31,964 bases of DNA. It comes from an uncultured Fibrobacterota bacterium (GTDB lineage: Bacteria > Fibrobacterota > Chitinivibrionia > Chitinivibrionales > FEN-1185). Positions 27,560 to 31,964 of this stretch are shown here, in pieces (position 1 is the first letter of the stretch; every line of letters starts with the position of its first letter). Below the pieces are notes generated by a model. That model made no database searches. It saw nothing but the letters and a program-made list of their open reading frames with translations, and was not told the origin of the DNA. The stretch is from the NCBI GenBank assembly GCA_963729895.1, contig CAVSQB010000039.1:1-31964 (forward strand), written 5' to 3'. The position numbers were made by a program, and so were the translations under genes.

Positions 27560-28422
27560 TTGTCCAGCAGCTTCCTGACCTGTTTTTCAGGTATTTGCTT
27601 GTAGTTGGTCGCTGAGACGACTTTTCGGCCCGACTGCTTTTCCAAGTCCTTCCGTGCGTTTCCTGCAACCGCACCCCCGTCTTTGGCTGCGGTCCGGTTC
27701 GGTTCGAAACCGACGACATCCCTTTTTTCCGCGATCTCCGTTGTCGCCGCCTCGCCGAGCATGGAGAAAATCAATTCCAGATCGGTCATGTGGTCGCGCA
27801 AGTTCTCGTGAGGACTTTCGAGACCTTTGTGGTTCTTATATTCCTCTGGCGTCATGCCGAAAGCGGCCTTGCTTATTTCCGAGGTAAGAATGGAATACTC
27901 GTTTTCGCCTTTCACGCCTCTTTTCTGCCATTCGTCGGTCAGGTTTTTTCGAACCTCGATACCTCGAATTCGCTTCTCGATCCATTCGTCGCTGTACCCT
28001 TTGAGTTGGTAGGTGGCGCGAGTACGCTTTATCGCCAGTTCAGGGTTTTCGATTTCCTGAATCCGTTCGTATCCCACTTTGGCAAGCCAGCGCTTGAACG
28101 GTTCGGCCTTGGGTGAAGGAATGGATTGAATGATGCGGAAGATTCCTTCTGTGTTGGCGCAGTCGGTTTCATGGAGCTTGCCGTCCGGTGCAGGAAGTTT
28201 CAACCCGTGACAAATTGTCACGAGTTCACTTTCCTCTTCTTTCAATCGTTCCTTCAGCTTTCGCCAGTAGGCGCCTGGATCGACGCTGTCGGTTAGCGCT
28301 CCAGCGACATCCACGACCGAGAACCACCACTCGTTGTTGTGTAAAGTCCTGCGGATTTCGCGGTTCTTGAAAACCGCGATCCTGGCGGAGGGCAAAGAAA
28401 TATCGTCTTTCTTTTCTTGCAT
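27556..28422 (-). CDS. Bro-N domain protein (BRO family, antirepressor-like)
   Basis: WWFSVVDV...YWRKLKERL...RIIQSIPSPKAEPFKRWLAKVGYERI...ENLRDHMTDLELIFSMLGEA; recognised from family motifs. Confidence 0.85.
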
Positions 28423-28439
28423 TTATGAAAATTCCTTTC

Positions 28440-29066
28440 TCAAACCGGCTTGATGAGCATGAGGCCGCAGCCGAAGGATTTGGCGGGGCCGATGCCGGCG
28501 AATGCTGCTTTCCTGAAGGCGGCAATATCCGTTATTTCCATTTTCCCTTCAAACGTAACAGGATTAATCTTGCCGGCTGTGTTTTCTTTGCGGAAATAAA
28601 TAGGATGACCGGGCGTTATGAGAACATCCTCCACTATCTTGCCAAAAGCTTTTACCTTGCCTTTTAACCAGTTTTTAAGATTTTCTTCCCCAATATGCGG
28701 GACCCTGTTTCGGTCTGCTGATTTCGTTTTAACAGGATTTGCCGTAAGGATAAATCTAGCCATTGCATTGTCCGTAAGTTTCACGTATGTCAATTCGTTT
28801 GGGCCTTTCACAATCTTTATTGTCCCACACTCAATTGGTTTTACAGGTGATTGGACAAGGAGAAGTTCACCTTGTCCCGGTTGAATTTCTTCAACTCGAA
28901 AAAGGAAATAAGCCGGGAATTCGACCCTTTCGGCTTTTGCTTCTTTCTCCTTTTTTATTTTATTGCGCCTGCCGCTTTCTTCAGGAAATAAGTCCCATAA
29001 CTGCTGGTGCCAGCTATAGGGATTCTGCCCTGGCCGCCAGGGAAGGAATATTCTACTGAGGTACAT
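28440..29066 (-). CDS. cas6e: Type I-E Cas6e (Cse3/CasE)
   Basis: Start MYLSRI at 29066, PYSWHQQLWDLF, ANPVK, C-terminal GIGPAKSFGCGLM glycine loop. Confidence 0.95.
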   Translation of the reverse strand: MYLSRIFLPWRPGQNPYSWHQQLWDLFPEESGRRNKIKKEKEAKAERVEFPAYFLFRVEEIQPGQGELLLVQSPVKPIECGTIKIVKGPNELTYVKLTDNAMARFILTANPVKTKSADRNRVPHIGEENLKNWLKGKVKAFGKIVEDVLITPGHPIYFRKENTAGKINPVTFEGKMEITDIAAFRKAAFAGIGPAKSFGCGLMLIKPV

Positions 29067-29745
29067 TTTGTACCCCCTTTTCTGCATGAATAAAAACTTC
29101 GCGGGTTGCAAATCGTCTTGTTCGACCGTAAAGCGGTACATCGCGAATTCGCAATTTCTGGTCAGATGGTAATTCTGAATATGTAACCATTCCACCAGAG
29201 CCGCTTTTTTCAAGCGCATCCATTGCGGAAATGGCTTCAAAGGTCATACCAATTGGGCTGTCTTCCCGATCGAGAAGAGGACGTGACAATGGACAACTTC
29301 TTCTTCCAAGAAAGGGTGTGTAAATTGGCTTCCGGACCTTACTGGCAATCATGTCAAGACTAATAGGGGCGTTGGGGATTTCCTCGACGGCAACGGTAAA
29401 GGGAGCATCAAAGAGATACCATCTATATGACTGCACAGGATTTTCATTCGGTTTGCCATCCACTTTCCGGGCATGTTCAATCGTGTGATAATCGCATAAT
29501 CTTAACGAATCAAGACGGTTTCCTTCTTGATCCGAACGGAAATCTGAGCAAATGGAAAATTTAACACTCGCGGCAAGGGCATTTAACTTTTCAATATCCT
29601 GTCGGTCTATTCCAAGACAAGCGCCGAGCAATCCCAATAACCCGCTTCGCGTGGGGAATAATTCGGTGGGCCGCCAATCTTCATAGGTATGGCCGCCCCA
29701 CCCCTGCATCACCCCATCAAGTTTTAAAATCAGAAATCGGGGCAT
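29053..29745 (-). CDS. cas5e: Type I-E Cas5 (CasD)
   Basis: LKLDGVMQGWG...RPTELFPTRSGLLGLLGACLG, DYHT, FLGRRSCP. Confidence 0.95.
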   Translation of the reverse strand: MPRFLILKLDGVMQGWGGHTYEDWRPTELFPTRSGLLGLLGACLGIDRQDIEKLNALAASVKFSICSDFRSDQEGNRLDSLRLCDYHTIEHARKVDGKPNENPVQSYRWYLFDAPFTVAVEEIPNAPISLDMIASKVRKPIYTPFLGRRSCPLSRPLLDREDSPIGMTFEAISAMDALEKSGSGGMVTYSELPSDQKLRIRDVPLYGRTRRFATREVFIHAEKGVQNVPQ

Positions 29746-29758
29746 GTGTTTCTCCTTT

Positions 29759-31015
29759 TTAAGCGGCTTTACCGTCGTTTGCTATCCAAGTTTCGACTTC
29801 AAGTAACGAATTCTTTTTAATAAGTCCTTCCGCTATGGTTACTTCCGGGTCTTTCGAACAACAAGCAGCAGTTTCTTGTAGATTGTAGAAGCCATTCGAT
29901 TGTTTCCAATATTTCATTAAATCTTCAACCGAGGGTTTATAATATCCACCTGCTTTTGCTTTCTCTATTGGTTTTTCAAAAGCATTCGCCATTGAAATAG
30001 GCTGGTCCGCAAAACTTACAATTGCAAAATCAGCTGCGTTGTGGGCTGCAAAAGACTGCTGCTTTGCTGAAGGTACTACTGTTGCGAACATGTGAAAAAC
30101 ATGCTTGGCGATTTCAAGCGCGCGTTCGCGGGTTGCGCCGCCAAGATTCTTCTGCAATTGTGCGATGTTAAGGCTGGCGTAGCGATAAAAAACACCGGAT
30201 GAAAATTCTTGAGTATCAAGATGTCCGGCGCCGACCTCGCCGGAATCCTGTACTAAATCATCAACTGCGGTAAACCAATCTGTATCGGCTTGAGCTGCAT
30301 GGGTCGTGATAGCGTGGGCGACGGCGAGAGAACCGTCAACTGATGTCATGAGACCGGAAGTGGCCATGCGACCCCAAAGGGCAACATCAACAGCGGTACC
30401 AAGTGCTTTTATCAGGTTTTCTTTTTGCGGTTCCAATGTCTTCTTGATTTTAGTGATAAGGGCCTTTTCCACAAAAACTTCTTCTGGCTGTTTCTTCTTA
30501 CCCTTTTGTTTCAAACAATTTTCTTTGGCTTTTGACTTTTCTTCCTCGGTAAGCTCGACAGTTGCTACTATTCTGCATATCTCTCTTATTTCTGCGAGTA
30601 CCCAAGGTGCAACTGCAATTTTCTTTATTGAATCGTGCTCCGATCTTGAGTTCATTTCGTCCCCATCGTCCTCGCCGGAAACTTCATCTTCTGCAGTTGC
30701 TTTTAAGAACAATTGTCCCGCTCGCTCAACAACTTCTTTCGGAAACTCCGCTTCCAATTCTTTTGAGAATAATTCAGCTGCTTTTACGGGGTTTCTTGTC
30801 CTGACGGAAGGATCTCCGAATACACTTTTCCAATAGTTAAAAGCATTTTCCGGTGGTTTTCGCATTTCTCTTTTCAAACTCTGACTTGAAATCCTTATCC
30901 TTTCCACACCACCAAAGACTGCTCGTTTCTGCATGTTCTGATCATCACGGTTTAAACATGAGGGGCTGTGCGAAATGAGGACATGAATATTGATGAAGTT
31001 TTTCTGCTCTGACAT
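29759..31015 (-). CDS. cas7e: Type I-E Cas7 (Cse4/CasC)
   Basis: FINIHVLISHSPSCLNRDD, RISSQSLKR, DVALWGRM, VAHAITTH, DWFTAVDDL, FYRYA. Confidence 0.97.
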   Translation of the reverse strand: MSEQKNFINIHVLISHSPSCLNRDDQNMQKRAVFGGVERIRISSQSLKREMRKPPENAFNYWKSVFGDPSVRTRNPVKAAELFSKELEAEFPKEVVERAGQLFLKATAEDEVSGEDDGDEMNSRSEHDSIKKIAVAPWVLAEIREICRIVATVELTEEEKSKAKENCLKQKGKKKQPEEVFVEKALITKIKKTLEPQKENLIKALGTAVDVALWGRMATSGLMTSVDGSLAVAHAITTHAAQADTDWFTAVDDLVQDSGEVGAGHLDTQEFSSGVFYRYASLNIAQLQKNLGGATRERALEIAKHVFHMFATVVPSAKQQSFAAHNAADFAIVSFADQPISMANAFEKPIEKAKAGGYYKPSVEDLMKYWKQSNGFYNLQETAACCSKDPEVTIAEGLIKKNSLLEVETWIANDGKAA

Positions 31016-31017
31016 TG

Positions 31018-31518
31018 TTATTCCCCTTTCCCCGCGTGGCGGGCGATAAAATAGTGTTCAATGAATTTCTTTTTGCCCTTGGTGTTTTTCTCTTCGTCAA
31101 TGGAGAAGAATTGCGCAAGACCAGATTTATTCCAGTTGATCGCCGGTTCATCAAAACGCATGAGCAATCTGCGCAGATAGATAATGTCCTGATGTGGCGT
31201 TGCTCTCGCTATTTGCAAAACTCTTCGCTCAAGATTACCTGCCTTTTTAATACGCTCCTGCTGGCCAATGTATTCACCTAAAGCAGGCTTGGCGTCAGAA
31301 TGACGAATAAACGGAACAATAAAAGCTGCTCGAAAATGCCATTCGGATGGCGCGAGACCTGGAAACAGCTTATAGAATGCGGGCACCATAGCCAGATCTT
31401 CTGGTGATCCTATGCGCTTACCAAGCTGCGCTTGATTCCCCCGCGAAAGTTTTTCATACCGATTCCGCACTTCAACGAAATCCGGGATGTTGCCGTGTCC
31501 TGGGTCAGGTTCAGTCAT
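31018..31518 (-). CDS. cse2: Type I-E small subunit Cas11 (Cse2/CasB)
   Basis: 166-aa helical protein (PEDLAMVPAFYKL, ERRVLQIARA, DIIYLRRLL) in the casB position upstream of cas7e. Confidence 0.88.
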   Translation of the reverse strand: MTEPDPGHGNIPDFVEVRNRYEKLSRGNQAQLGKRIGSPEDLAMVPAFYKLFPGLAPSEWHFRAAFIVPFIRHSDAKPALGEYIGQQERIKKAGNLERRVLQIARATPHQDIIYLRRLLMRFDEPAINWNKSGLAQFFSIDEEKNTKGKKKFIEHYFIARHAGKGE

Positions 31519-31711
31519 GCTGCACCTCCTGTTACAGTGTGTTCCTTTTTGAGATTATTCAATAGAGTTTTTAGTTTGACGCGTGCCAGCGCTATGGTAC
31601 CGATTATTTCTGGTTTGTGAGCATATGGTAAGGTCACGCGTTCAAATATATTAAAACAGACTCGCGAGAGATCCTCCAGAAAAGAATTCTTTGTGCGTAC
31701 GAATTCCCTAA
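31515..31711 (-). pseudogene. cse1: 3' fragment (last 64 residues) of cse1/cas8e (CasA), interrupted by an IS
   Basis: LSRVCFNIFERVTLPYAHKPEIIGTIALARVKLKTLL resembles the CasA C-terminus as recalled (PYAHxP...LAR); its stop overlaps the cse2 ATG (ATGA); the sequence upstream is IS DNA. Confidence 0.85.
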
Positions 31712-31964
31712 CAGGGTGTTGAAAAAGTCTCCCTTTTGTAAACATTTATCCTTATATTATAGGGGAACCCCAACCAAGGAGTATTGATGAGAGGTTCCCA
31801 GCCAGCCCAAGGCGGTATGTTCAGCTTCGTTTCTCCGGATTCCCGAGTGCCGGCAACACACCCGCTTCGTCGTGTCAAACAGTTTACGGACATAGCGCTG
31901 CGCCGCCTTTCTCGTGACTTTGAGGCGATGTACAGCCGGATGGGACGCCCTTCGATACCGCCGG
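31712..31964 (+). mobile_element. Left part of an IS5/IS1182-like insertion sequence
   Basis: CTAA (31708-31711) followed by the IR-like CAGGGTGTTGAAAAAGTC, then an RBS and a transposase start; exact end uncertain by a few nt. Confidence 0.8.
31787..31964 (+). CDS. Transposase N-terminus (DUF772-type, IS5/IS1182-like), partial
   Basis: Not in the ORF track; hand translation MRGSQPAQGGMFSFVSPDSRVPATHPLRRVKQFTDIALRRLSRDFEAMYSRMGRPSIPP; AAGGAG RBS; VPxxHPLR and YSxxGRPSIPP motifs. Confidence 0.9.
   Translation, partial: MRGSQPAQGGMFSFVSPDSRVPATHPLRRVKQFTDIALRRLSRDFEAMYSRMGRPSIPP

Noticed and set aside
31515..31745. 76-aa ORF as an intact small gene
   Set aside because: Its first 11-12 codons come from the IS end; it is a chimera of IS DNA and the cse1 tail.

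Overview
Bacterial chromosomal window. A GC-rich housekeeping block on the minus strand (clpC - TamB/AsmA-like - bamA - skp - lpxD - fused lpxC/fabZ - lpxA, 10641-23773) suggests an FCB-superphylum organism, possibly Fibrobacterota-like (inference only). The left side is an accessory region: a frameshifted FMN-binding gene, a membrane-anchored TPR protein, a secreted hypothetical protein, a complete IS3-family element, a small DUF2997-like ORF and a YbcK-like large serine recombinase. A radical SAM gene and an AT-richer hemerythrin/tautomerase pair follow. The right side is a type I-E CRISPR-Cas locus on the minus strand: 25 identical repeats plus one degenerate repeat, cas1, cas2, cas6e, cas5e, cas7e and cse2. 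It has three unusual traits: cse1/cas8e is cut by an IS5/IS1182-like insertion at about 31712, a Bro-N gene is translationally coupled to cas1, and a stand-alone DEDDh exonuclease overlaps the end of cas2. An unannotated family of palindromic repeats (6491-6658, 10343-10597, possibly 23997-24057) sits at core/accessory junctions. All calls come from reading the sequence and recalled family motifs; no searches were run.
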